The notes under the pieces: model-generated | What the model was told of the DNA's origin: nothing | Database searches by the model: none | Seen by the model: the letters and a program-made list of their open reading frames with translations, nothing else | Shown here: piece by piece, positions 19,656-28,867 of the stretch | How the letters are laid out: every line of letters begins with the position of its first letter | How positions within the stretch are numbered: position 1 is the stretch's first letter | Assembly: GCA_030840335.1 (NCBI GenBank) | Contig: JAUZFR010000111.1 | Coordinates: 9,745-73,744 of the forward strand | DNA from: Actinomycetota bacterium | GTDB taxonomy: Bacteria > Actinomycetota > Actinomycetes > Actinomycetales > Microbacteriaceae | Direction of reading: 5' to 3' | Length of the DNA: 64,000 nucleotides | Translations under genes and position numbers: made by a program

Positions 19656-20417
19656 GTGAACTGCGCGGTCTGCGGTACGGAACTGCCGTACGGGGCAATG
19701 TTCTGCGGCGAATGCGGCCGTGCGGTCGGCGTCCGGGCAGCACAGCTTCGGCATGCCGACAGTGACATGCCAATCGAAGCGGCCCCGACGGCCGCTGGCG
19801 CTCGTGACACCGTAATCATCGACCCGATCGAGCTCGCCTCGCTTGTGCCGACACTGCCAGACGAGCCTGACGAGCCTGACGAGCCTGACGAGCCTGACGA
19901 GCCTCACGAACCCGCGATCGATGAGGTCGAGCAGGACCTTCCGCCCGACCTTGTCGATCCACTTGTCGAGGATGCGGCATCCCTCCCGCCTGAGCGCCCA
20001 GCCGCAGTGCCGTTTGGCCCGCGCGGGTCAGAAGTCTTCACTGACTCCGAGGATCTCGAGCAGACGCTCATCGTTCCGCGACGCGATCAGGGCGATCGGT
20101 TCGTGCTGCAGTTCAGCACGGGGGAGAGCGTCACTGTGTTCGGCTCCGGGTTGCTCGGCCGCAATCCGACGCCTCAGCCCGGCGAATATTTCGATCAGTT
20201 GGTCGTGATCTCCGATCCGGGCAAATCCGTGTCGAAGACCCATCTCGAATTCGGACAGGAGGCCGGTTCGTTCTGGGTCAGTGACCGCTACTCCGGCAAC
20301 GGATCGATCGTGCGCGAGCCGGAATCGGCGGCCCGGCGACTCACCGCAGGCAAGCGCTATCGAATCGTCCGAGGCACCAGGGTCGACATCGCCGAGCAAT
20401 TCTTTATCGTCAGCTGA
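19656..20417 (+). CDS. Zinc-ribbon + FHA domain protein
   Basis: CAVC...FCGECG zinc ribbon; C-terminal FHA LLGRNP...VSKTH...SGNGS. Confidence 0.88.
   Translation: MNCAVCGTELPYGAMFCGECGRAVGVRAAQLRHADSDMPIEAAPTAAGARDTVIIDPIELASLVPTLPDEPDEPDEPDEPDEPHEPAIDEVEQDLPPDLVDPLVEDAASLPPERPAAVPFGPRGSEVFTDSEDLEQTLIVPRRDQGDRFVLQFSTGESVTVFGSGLLGRNPTPQPGEYFDQLVVISDPGKSVSKTHLEFGQEAGSFWVSDRYSGNGSIVREPESAARRLTAGKRYRIVRGTRVDIAEQFFIVS
19860..19904 (+). repeat. In-frame tandem repeat (GACGAGCCT)x5 encoding (DEP)5
   Basis: Five perfect 9-nt units, read directly from the sequence. Confidence 0.95.
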
Positions 20418-20508
20418 TCGAATCCTCCACACGCGCTCGCTCGGTCGTCGGGAGCACAGCTTCTCGCTGAGGCCCGTGATTGCTGGATCGTCGTGATTCG
20501 CTGGGCGG

Positions 20509-23412
20509 ATGAACGCGGCAACCAGCAGACCGGAGCGAGTCAGCGCGCCCCGACCGCCCGACGCACCCGCCCCCTCTCGCTTTCCCCTGTTTGCCACGCT
20601 CGCGCCCGTGGTTGCTTCGGTCGCGCTCTGGGCAGTCACGCGATCGCCCTTTGCCCTGGCCTTTGCGGCGCTCGGCCCTGTTGTCGAAATCGCCGGCGTG
20701 GCGGATGCGCGGCTTCAGCGGCGGCGCGGCCGCCGGCACGAGGCGGCTCGGTTCGACCGCGAATGCGGTTCGACTCGGGTGGCACTCACGAGTGCCCACG
20801 ATCGAGAACGCGAAGAACTCGAGCAGCGCGTGCAGCTCGTGCCGGCTCTCATCGATAGCGATCGTCCCAGCCCCGCGCGGTGGCGCGGATCGCTCGACCG
20901 CGAGCTTCCGGTTCGCCTCGGCAGGGGGTCGGCGGCGAGCGTCGTGCACTATTCCGACTCCTCGTCGATCACGGGGGTCGCACCAGACGCGTTGACGGCA
21001 TCGATACTGCGCGAGCTGTCGGAGTTCGCCCGAGTGGTGACCGACGCACCCCTGACCGCTGACGCTCGCAGGGGCGTCGCGTTCGTCGGCGCGACACCAC
21101 TGGTGCAGGCTGCGGCCCGCTCGGTCGCGCTGCAGGTCGCACTAGCCTTGTCGCCGGCCGAGTTCGTCATTGCGATGCCAAAGAGCGAGCCCTCCTGGGG
21201 CTGGCTCGGTGAGCTTCCGCACGCTCGCGCAGCATTGGCCGTGGCCGGTCGACTCGAGTTCACCGCTGCAAGCACTGAATCACGATCCCCCGGCTCGGGG
21301 TCATCGCCACACGTGGTGATCGCGTTTGCGCGCGACTCCGCTCAACTCCCACCCGGAATCGCGACGATCATCGAAATTGCTGCTGACGCGGGCGCGCGGA
21401 TGATCGATTCGGCCTCCGACCGGGCGACGGCGATCACTCCGGACTTCGTTTCGGTTGAACACGCCGCATCCGCGGCGATGATCCTGCGGGAGTGGGCAGC
21501 AAACGACCAGCTGTCCAGCACGCGAGACCTGTTGCCCGAACTGGTCGAACTGAGTTCGTTGCGCGAGGGGAGCGACGATGGTCCCCCGATCGATGACGGC
21601 TCCGGCCTGACCTGCACGATAGGCGCTACTGCGACGGGACCGCTGCGCATCGACCTTGTGGCCGATGGTCCGCACGCGGTCATTGGCGGCACAACGGGAA
21701 GTGGAAAGAGCGAGCTGTTGCTCAGCTGGGTCCTGTCGATGGCGAGTCGCCGGTCGCCCGCCGAGGTCACGTTCCTGTTCGTGGATTTCAAGGGCGGCGC
21801 ATCCTTCGACCCCCTTGCGTCGCTGCCGCACTGTGTCGGCCTGATCACCGATCTCGACCCGCACCTCGCCGATCGGGCGCTCCTCAGCCTTGGGGCAGAG
21901 CTTCGGTTTCGTGAGCGAACTCTCGCCGAGGCGGGGCTCCGGTCGATCGACGATGCTGCGGGCGCAACTCCGTTTCCACGACTTGTCGTGCTCGTGGACG
22001 AATACGCCGCCCTCATCGAAAGCTCTCCGTCGTTGCATGCCGTCTTTCTCGATCTTGCCGCGCGCGGCCGATCGCTCGGGGTTCATCTCGTGCTGTGTAC
22101 GCAGCGGCCGGCAGGGGTGGTGCGCGACGGCATCCTCGCCAACAGCGGCCTTCGCATCTCACTGCGCGTGACGGCCGCGCCCGACAGCACCGCTGTCATC
22201 GGTACCGCGGCCGCTGCGTCCCTGCCTGCCCGCCCGCGCGGTCGGGCACTTCTGAGTGTCGCGGGGTCGGATGCGGTTCCGTTTCAGGTTGCGAGATCGA
22301 CCGACTCCGACGCGCGCGGCGTGACGGAACGCTGGCGCGATCACAGCCCGCCGCCACGTCGACCGTGGTGCCCGCCCCTCGCTGCCGTAGTGCGGCTCAG
22401 CGACCTCCCTGGCTCGTCGGTGTTGGCGTCGGCGGCCGATATTCCGTTCGCGATGATCGATCTCCCCGAACTTCAACGGCAGACTGTCGCGCGGTACGAC
22501 CCGGCCAGACACGGATCGCTCGCGGTGATCGGCACGGCCGGGTCAGGCAAGACCGCGGCTCTGTCCGCGCTCGCGACCGGGCCATCCCTTCTCGAGCGCC
22601 GGGCGGTGCCGAGGAGCCTGCCCGTGTTGTGGGATGTGCTCGGCGACGCCACACAGCCGGCGCGCGAGCGCCCGAGCCTCTCGCGGGTGCTGCTGATTGA
22701 CGACATCGATTCCCTCCTGGCCTCGTGTCCGGACGAGTACGTTTCCGCTCTTGTGGACCGGCTCTCCGGGCTGCTTCGGGATGGTCCGGCTCTCGGTGTG
22801 CACGTCGTCCTCACAGCGCAGCGCATTCCCGCCAGCCTGCACTCGCTGCTGGCGCTCTGCGGGTCGAGGATCCTGCTCCGGATGCCGGATCGTCACGAAT
22901 ACATCGTCGCGGGCGGCGAGACAGCGCATTTCACACCGCAGCTCGCGCCGGGTGGCGGCCACTGGCGGGGCCATCGCATCCAGGTTCTGTGGCAGCCCGA
23001 CGCGCCGCCGATCGCGACGCCGGCCGCGGCCGTCACCATCGATCCGGCGGACGGTTCGCCCCTGGCAGTCGTGTCGACAAGGCCGGCACTTGCGCTTGAG
23101 CGCCTCCGACGGCTCGCACCGGACCGCACCGTGTCGCTTCTCGACGTCGCCGGTCCCGGTGCGCCCGCGGTCGGCGATTCAGAAATCCTCGTAGGAGATC
23201 CAGAGTCCTGGCAGTCGAACTGGGGCGGGGTGGCCGCGCTGCGCGCGACGCCGGTGCTGTTCGACGGGTGCTCGGTCGCCGAGTTTCGGGCGATCACGCG
23301 CCGCCGCGAGCTTCCTCCGCTGTGTGCGCCGGGGGAGCGTGCCGCGTGGATCGTGCTGCCAGACGGGTCGGTCTCCCGCGCGCGACTGCCGCCTAACCCA
23401 GTGCGCCCCTAA
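20509..23412 (+). CDS. FtsK/SpoIIIE-domain ATPase, EccC/EssC-like
   Basis: N-terminal TM hairpin; GPHAVIGGTTGSGKSELL, FVDFKGG, VLVDEY, GRSLGVHLVLCTQRP; second P-loop GTAGSGKT with LLIDD. Confidence 0.9.
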   Translation: MNAATSRPERVSAPRPPDAPAPSRFPLFATLAPVVASVALWAVTRSPFALAFAALGPVVEIAGVADARLQRRRGRRHEAARFDRECGSTRVALTSAHDREREELEQRVQLVPALIDSDRPSPARWRGSLDRELPVRLGRGSAASVVHYSDSSSITGVAPDALTASILRELSEFARVVTDAPLTADARRGVAFVGATPLVQAAARSVALQVALALSPAEFVIAMPKSEPSWGWLGELPHARAALAVAGRLEFTAASTESRSPGSGSSPHVVIAFARDSAQLPPGIATIIEIAADAGARMIDSASDRATAITPDFVSVEHAASAAMILREWAANDQLSSTRDLLPELVELSSLREGSDDGPPIDDGSGLTCTIGATATGPLRIDLVADGPHAVIGGTTGSGKSELLLSWVLSMASRRSPAEVTFLFVDFKGGASFDPLASLPHCVGLITDLDPHLADRALLSLGAELRFRERTLAEAGLRSIDDAAGATPFPRLVVLVDEYAALIESSPSLHAVFLDLAARGRSLGVHLVLCTQRPAGVVRDGILANSGLRISLRVTAAPDSTAVIGTAAAASLPARPRGRALLSVAGSDAVPFQVARSTDSDARGVTERWRDHSPPPRRPWCPPLAAVVRLSDLPGSSVLASAADIPFAMIDLPELQRQTVARYDPARHGSLAVIGTAGSGKTAALSALATGPSLLERRAVPRSLPVLWDVLGDATQPARERPSLSRVLLIDDIDSLLASCPDEYVSALVDRLSGLLRDGPALGVHVVLTAQRIPASLHSLLALCGSRILLRMPDRHEYIVAGGETAHFTPQLAPGGGHWRGHRIQVLWQPDAPPIATPAAAVTIDPADGSPLAVVSTRPALALERLRRLAPDRTVSLLDVAGPGAPAVGDSEILVGDPESWQSNWGGVAALRATPVLFDGCSVAEFRAITRRRELPPLCAPGERAAWIVLPDGSVSRARLPPNPVRP

Positions 23413-23439
23413 CCCAGTGGACGCCTAAACCAGCGCGCG
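23392..23439. repeat. Three imperfect 16-nt tandem units spanning the convergent FtsK and ald stop codons
   Basis: cctaacccagtgcgcc / cctaacccagtggacg / cctaaaccagcgcgcg. Confidence 0.8.
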
Positions 23440-24540
23440 CTCGAGAGGCACGTGGTCAAGGCCGTGGGCGGTGGCGACGGCCTCGTTCACTACGCCGCCG
23501 GCAAACGTGTTCAGGCCGAGGGCGAGCGACGGGTCCGCGCGCAGCGCGTCCTTCCAGCCAAGGTTCGCGACCGATCGCACGTAGGGCATGGTCGCATTGG
23601 TGAGGGCATAAGTCGACGTATTGGCGACCGCACCGGGCATGTTCGCCACGCAATAAAAGAGCGAGCCGTGCACGCGGAAAGTCGGATCCGCGTGGGTCGT
23701 TGGGTGGGAATCCTCGAAACATCCCCCCTGGTCGATCGCAATATCGACGAGAACGCTTCCGGGGATCATCCGGGACACAAGTTCGTTGCTCACGAGTTTC
23801 GGCGCTTTGGCGCCCGGGACGAGCACTGAGCCGATCACCATGTCGGCCCGAACAACGGCTCGATCGATTTCGTAGCTGTTCGATGCGATCGTGCGAACTC
23901 GACCCGCGTAGAGGGCGTCGAGCTCGCGCAGCCGCTGGATGTTCGTATCGAGCACCGTGACGTCCGCGCCGAGACCCACCGAAACCGAGACTGCGTTGGT
24001 GCCGGCCACGCCGCCACCGAGAACGACGATGGTCGCCGGGTTCGTTCCGGGAACGCCGGGCACGAGAAGTCCGGGACCGCCGTTCGGGCGAAGCATCGCG
24101 TTCGCTCCGACGATGGGCGCAAGCCGGCCCGCGACCTCGCTCATGGGAGCGAGCAAAGGCAGGGCGCGACTGGGAAGCTGCACTGTTTCGTAGGCGATCG
24201 CGGTGATTCCCGAGTCGAGCAGCGCCCGCGTCAGTTCGGGCTCTGCGGCGAGGTGCAGGTAGGTGAACAGCACGAGGTCATTGCGGAAGAAACGGTACTC
24301 ACTGGGGATCGGCTCCTTGACCTTGAGGAGGAGATCGGCGACGCCCCAGGTCGACTCCGCATCCGGGGTGATGGTCGCCCCCGCCGCGCGGTAGGCATCA
24401 TCCGGAATGGACGACCCCTCACCTGCACCGGTCTGAACGAGCACCTCGTGACCGTGCGCAACGAGTTCGTGAACACCGGCCGGCGTGATCGCCACTCGGA
24501 ATTCGTTGTTCTTCACTTCGGCGGGAATGGCAACCTTCAT
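23425..24540 (-). CDS. ald: Alanine dehydrogenase
   Basis: MKVAIPAEVKNNEFRVA, LLLKVKEP, FTYLHLA, PMSEVAGR, DIAIDQGGCFE, YCVANMPGAV; start at ATG 24540 after TACGCT-N6. Confidence 0.96.
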   Translation of the reverse strand: MKVAIPAEVKNNEFRVAITPAGVHELVAHGHEVLVQTGAGEGSSIPDDAYRAAGATITPDAESTWGVADLLLKVKEPIPSEYRFFRNDLVLFTYLHLAAEPELTRALLDSGITAIAYETVQLPSRALPLLAPMSEVAGRLAPIVGANAMLRPNGGPGLLVPGVPGTNPATIVVLGGGVAGTNAVSVSVGLGADVTVLDTNIQRLRELDALYAGRVRTIASNSYEIDRAVVRADMVIGSVLVPGAKAPKLVSNELVSRMIPGSVLVDIAIDQGGCFEDSHPTTHADPTFRVHGSLFYCVANMPGAVANTSTYALTNATMPYVRSVANLGWKDALRADPSLALGLNTFAGGVVNEAVATAHGLDHVPLERALV

Positions 24541-24736
24541 GCTTTCAGCGTAGCGGCGGCGCACCGTGGAATCCGCACAGTTTTCGGGCGTTCTTGTGCT
24601 GATTTCGTGAAATTCTTGTTACGAGATGGTCGATTTGCTCTTTCTAGGCTGTTGAGACGGCGATTGCTGTGACAGTATCAATCCACGCGTTAGATCGCCG
24701 CATGCGGAACGCCGCGGCGGAGGTAAAGGAGTCGTC
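24541..24736. promoter_or_regulatory. Divergent ald / potD control region with phased candidate Lrp boxes
   Basis: GAATCCGCAC at 24569 (identical to the 10-mer at 4440), then GATTTCGT 24601, GATTTGCT 24632, GATTGCTG 24662; AAAGGAG RBS before 24737. Confidence 0.5.
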
Positions 24737-25951
24737 ATGAGAGCCCTGCCAGAAGACCCGATGATCCGCCAACTGATCGCCCACGCTCGGGCATCGCAGG
24801 TGTCACGACGCACTGTGCTCGGGGCATCCACGGCTGGCGCCGCAGCACTTGCGCTCGCCGCCTGCGCCCCGGTCGGCGCGAAGAAGACGATCAAGGCCGC
24901 CAAGGACGTCTCGGCCACCGACCACACGATGACCTGGGCCAACTGGGCGCTCTACCTCGACCAGGATGACAACAAGAAGTACCCGACGCTCGAGGCGTTC
25001 GAGAGCCAGAGCGGCATCCAGGTCAAGTACGACGTGGCCGTCGACGACAACGACAGTTACTACGCAAAGGTGAAGGACCAGCTGGCCCTTGGCCAGGACA
25101 TCGGTGCCGACACGGTGTGTCTCACCGACTGGATGGTCAGCCGATGGATCAACCTCGGGTACACGCAGAAATTCGACCAGACCAAGATCCCGAATATCTC
25201 GAATCTCAACCCGAGCCTCAAGAACGTCGACTTCGATCCGGGCCGTCACCACTCTCTTCCGTGGCAGAGCGGATTCGCCGGCCTCTGCTGGAACAAAGAC
25301 AAGCTGCCCAAAGGGCTCAAGCAGGTCTCAGACCTGTGGGACCCGTCGTTGAAGGGTCGCGTGGGCGTGCTGTCCGAAATGCGCGACACGATCGGTCTCA
25401 TCATGATGGAGCAGGGCGTCGACATCTCTGCGAAGAGTTGGGGTGACAAGGAGTTTGCGGCGGCGATTGCCGAGTTCAGAAAGCAAATTTCCAGCGGCCA
25501 GATCCGCAACGTGAAGGGCAACTCCTACGCGGACGACCTGAAGAACGAGGACACCATCGCCGCTATCGTGTGGTCGGGCGACGTCGAAGGCATCAACGCC
25601 GACATCGGCAAGGACAAGTTTGCGTTTGCGATCCCTGAGACAGGCGGAACGTTGTGGAGTGACAACTTCCTCATCCCGATTGGCTCGAGCAAGAAGTCGA
25701 ACGCCGAAAAGCTCATCAACTACTACTACGAGCCCACCGTGGCGGCCACCGTCGCCGCATATGTGAACTACATCACGCCGGTCGAAGGTGCAAAGGCGGC
25801 GATGGCGAAGATCGATAAGGACCTGGTCAGCGACGAGCTGATTTTCCCATCGGACCAGACTCTCTCCACGGTCAAGGGTTTCCGTACTCTCACAAACGCT
25901 GAGCAGTCGAAGTACAACGCCGAGTTCCAGTCCGTTATTCTCGGCGTCTGA
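24737..25951 (+). CDS. potD: Polyamine ABC transporter substrate-binding lipoprotein (PotD/PotF-like), Tat-type signal
   Basis: SRRTVLG twin-arginine motif, LAAC lipobox, NWALYLD, VWSGD, LWSDN. Confidence 0.88.
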   Translation: MRALPEDPMIRQLIAHARASQVSRRTVLGASTAGAAALALAACAPVGAKKTIKAAKDVSATDHTMTWANWALYLDQDDNKKYPTLEAFESQSGIQVKYDVAVDDNDSYYAKVKDQLALGQDIGADTVCLTDWMVSRWINLGYTQKFDQTKIPNISNLNPSLKNVDFDPGRHHSLPWQSGFAGLCWNKDKLPKGLKQVSDLWDPSLKGRVGVLSEMRDTIGLIMMEQGVDISAKSWGDKEFAAAIAEFRKQISSGQIRNVKGNSYADDLKNEDTIAAIVWSGDVEGINADIGKDKFAFAIPETGGTLWSDNFLIPIGSSKKSNAEKLINYYYEPTVAATVAAYVNYITPVEGAKAAMAKIDKDLVSDELIFPSDQTLSTVKGFRTLTNAEQSKYNAEFQSVILGV

Positions 25952-27087
25952 TGGCCGGCGGTTTCTTTGCGGAGTCCGGGGCCGATCTGGAACTCAAGGA
26001 CATCCACAAGCGGTTTCCGGGATTCACGGCAATTGAAGACCTCAGCCTCACCATCCCGGCGGGGTCATTCTTTGCCCTGCTTGGTCCGTCGGGCTGCGGC
26101 AAGACGACGACACTGCGGCTCGTCGCGGGACTTGAGGAACCGACATCCGGCCAGGTCCTGATCGGCGGCAAGGATGTCACGTCGACGAAGCCGTTCCAGC
26201 GCCCGGTGAACACGGTATTTCAGAGCTATGCACTGTTCCCTCACATGACGGTGCTTGAGAACGTCGCGTTTGGATTGAAGCGGCGCAAGATCACGGATCC
26301 CATCGGGAAGGCGCACGAGGCGCTTCGCCTCGTCGAACTCGACCACCTCGCCACTCGAAAACCGCAACAACTTTCGGGCGGGCAGCAGCAGCGCGTCGCG
26401 CTCGCGCGAGCCGTCGTCAACCGTCCTGCACTGCTGCTGCTGGATGAGCCGCTCGGCGCGCTCGACCTCAAACTGCGACGCCAGATGCAGCTCGAGCTCA
26501 AGACCATCCAGAACGAGGTTGGCCTCACGTTTGTGCACGTGACCCACGACCAGGAGGAGGCCATGACGATGGCCGACACCGTGGCGGTCATGAATAAGGG
26601 TCGAATCGAACAACTCGGCTCACCCGAAGACCTCTACGAGCTCCCCAAGACCGCTTTCGTCGCCAATTTCCTCGGCCAGTCGAACCTGTTCACTGGCGAA
26701 GTCGCCTCGAGCACATCGACGAGCATCTCCGTCGAGGTCGGCGGCCGAAAAGTCGTCGTGCCCAAGGCGCGAGCGCAGGTGCACGAAGGCACCGTCACGA
26801 TCGGTGTACGGCCGGAGAAGCTCACTCTGCTTGCCGCCGAACCGACGGCGGAGTCGGGCACCAACATCATCGGGCCGGGGCGAGTCGTCGATGTCTCGTT
26901 CAGCGGCGTGAGCACCCAGTACGTCGTCGAGGTTCCTGGCGTCGGAGCCGTAGTGGTGTTCGCGCAGAACATGTCATTCGGTCCGGTGGTGCAACTCGGC
27001 GCGCAGGCGTGGGCGACCTGGACGGTCGATCACGGATTCGGACTCAGCGATCACCCCGAAGCGCTGACCACGGACGCGGACGCCTAA
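25951..27087 (+). CDS. potA: Polyamine ABC transporter ATP-binding protein
   Basis: GPSGCGKT, RPVNTVFQSYALFPHMTV, LSGGQQQRVALARA, LDEPLGALD, VTHDQEEA. Confidence 0.92.
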   Translation: MAGGFFAESGADLELKDIHKRFPGFTAIEDLSLTIPAGSFFALLGPSGCGKTTTLRLVAGLEEPTSGQVLIGGKDVTSTKPFQRPVNTVFQSYALFPHMTVLENVAFGLKRRKITDPIGKAHEALRLVELDHLATRKPQQLSGGQQQRVALARAVVNRPALLLLDEPLGALDLKLRRQMQLELKTIQNEVGLTFVHVTHDQEEAMTMADTVAVMNKGRIEQLGSPEDLYELPKTAFVANFLGQSNLFTGEVASSTSTSISVEVGGRKVVVPKARAQVHEGTVTIGVRPEKLTLLAAEPTAESGTNIIGPGRVVDVSFSGVSTQYVVEVPGVGAVVVFAQNMSFGPVVQLGAQAWATWTVDHGFGLSDHPEALTTDADA

Positions 27088-27088
27088 C

Positions 27089-28000
27089 GTGGCAATTACT
27101 GCGTTTTCGGGCTCGGCGGTCGCCGTCGAGGCCGCTCCACGTCGTCGCAGCCGGATCGCGCTTGTGCTGCTGCTGCCGGGCATCCTGTATCTGGTTCTGT
27201 TCTTCGTCGTTCCGCTCGTTTCGCTGATCATCACGTCGCTCGAGTCGCAGACGGCTCCGGGCTCTGGCGTGTACCAGTACGGGTTCAACGTGCAGAACTA
27301 CAGCGATTCGATCGTGCAGTACCTGCCGCAGATTCTTCGCTCATTCCTCTACGCGATCCTCGCAACGGTGTTCGCGCTGCTGTTCAGCTATCCGCTGGCG
27401 TATTTCATCGGTGTGAAGGCGCGCCGCTGGCCACTCCTGCAGAGCTTCATGCTGATCCTCGTCATCGCACCGTTCTTCATCAGCTTCCTGCTCCGCACGC
27501 TCGCGTGGAAGACGATCCTCGCCGATGAGGGACCGGTGGTCGGCACGCTGAAGGCGCTGTCGCTGCTCGGGCCGCAGGGCCACATCACCGGAGAACCGAT
27601 TGCGGTTGTTTTTGGACTCACCTACAACTTCATCCCCTTCATGTGCCTGCCCCTGTACACGACCCTCGAACGGCTGGATGTGCGCTACCTCGAGGCGAGC
27701 ACGGACCTCTATGCGAGCGGCTGGAGCACGTTCCGCCGCGTCACGATTCCCCTTTCTCTTCCGGGTATCGTGTCCGGCACGCTGCTGACCTTTATCCCGG
27801 CGGCTGGTGACTACGTCAACGCGAGTCAGGAGTTCCTCGGAGGCTCGAGCTCCGCGATGATCGGCAATGTCATCCAGAGCAACTTCCTGGTGCAATCCAA
27901 CTACCCCGCGGCAGCCGCACTCTCGATAGTGCTGATGGCGATCATCCTGATCATCGTCAGTGTCTACGTAAGGCGCAGCGGAACGGACGACCTGCTGTGA
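27089..28000 (+). CDS. potB: Polyamine ABC transporter permease
   Basis: Multi-TM; EASTDLYAS EAA-like loop; operon position. Confidence 0.88.
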   Translation: MAITAFSGSAVAVEAAPRRRSRIALVLLLPGILYLVLFFVVPLVSLIITSLESQTAPGSGVYQYGFNVQNYSDSIVQYLPQILRSFLYAILATVFALLFSYPLAYFIGVKARRWPLLQSFMLILVIAPFFISFLLRTLAWKTILADEGPVVGTLKALSLLGPQGHITGEPIAVVFGLTYNFIPFMCLPLYTTLERLDVRYLEASTDLYASGWSTFRRVTIPLSLPGIVSGTLLTFIPAAGDYVNASQEFLGGSSSAMIGNVIQSNFLVQSNYPAAAALSIVLMAIILIIVSVYVRRSGTDDLL

Positions 28001-28863
28001 GCACCCAGGAAGCCCTCGCCCTTGGCCTCGCGACGACCGCGAAGCCCACCCCGGCCCCCCGTCGCCGGATCGGCCTCGGCACCTGGCTGCTGCCGACCTA
28101 CAGCGTCATGGCGCTGGTGTTCCTGTTGATTCCGATCGTGTATACGATCGTGTTCTCGTTCAACATCTCGGGCAAGTCGAACATCGCGTGGAACGGGTTC
28201 ACGTTTGCGAACTGGACCAACGTCTGCGACCAGCAGGATGTGTGCGCGGCGTTCGGAGCCAGCCTGCTGATCGGCTCGATCTCGACCGTCAGCGCCACCA
28301 TTCTCGGCACGATGATCGCGATCGCCCTTGTGCGCTACCGTTTTCGATTCAGGGCGATTACGAGCCTGCTGATCTTCCTGCCGATGGCAACCCCCGAGGT
28401 CGTCATCGGCGCGGGCCTCGCCGCCCAATTCCTCAGTGCGGGAGTCCCCAAGGGAATCGGCACGATCATCCTTGCCCACACGATGTTCTGCCTGAGCTTC
28501 GTGGTCGTCACGGTAAAAGCGCGGGTGGCGAGCCTCGACCCGGCGCTCGAGGAAGCCGGCCGCGACCTGTACGGGTCGCCTCGGCAGGTCTTCCTGCGCA
28601 TCACGTTTCCGCTTCTCCTGCCCGGAATTCTCGCCGCCGCCCTGCTGTCATTCAGCCTGAGTTTCGACGACTTCATCATCACGTACTTCAACGCGGGTAC
28701 AGTTCAAACTTTCCCGACCTACATCTACATCTCGGCGACACGCGGCATCCCCGCGCAAGCCAACGTGATCGCCTCCGCGGTGTTCTTCATTGCAATCGCG
28801 ATCGTTGTGATCAGCCAGGTCGCGGCGCAATCGAGACGCAAGCGCCTCGGGAAGACTCCGTAG
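27997..28863 (+). CDS. potC: Polyamine ABC transporter permease
   Basis: LEEAGRDLYG, FSLSFDDF motifs typical of PotC. Confidence 0.88.
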   Translation: MSTQEALALGLATTAKPTPAPRRRIGLGTWLLPTYSVMALVFLLIPIVYTIVFSFNISGKSNIAWNGFTFANWTNVCDQQDVCAAFGASLLIGSISTVSATILGTMIAIALVRYRFRFRAITSLLIFLPMATPEVVIGAGLAAQFLSAGVPKGIGTIILAHTMFCLSFVVVTVKARVASLDPALEEAGRDLYGSPRQVFLRITFPLLLPGILAAALLSFSLSFDDFIITYFNAGTVQTFPTYIYISATRGIPAQANVIASAVFFIAIAIVVISQVAAQSRRKRLGKTP

Positions 28864-28867
28864 CGCC

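Noticed and set aside
6021-23412. Cluster as an integrative/conjugative element or prophage (because of the FtsK ATPase)
   Set aside because: No integrase, relaxase, rep, phage genes, tRNA target or flanking att repeats were seen, and composition looks like the rest of the window.
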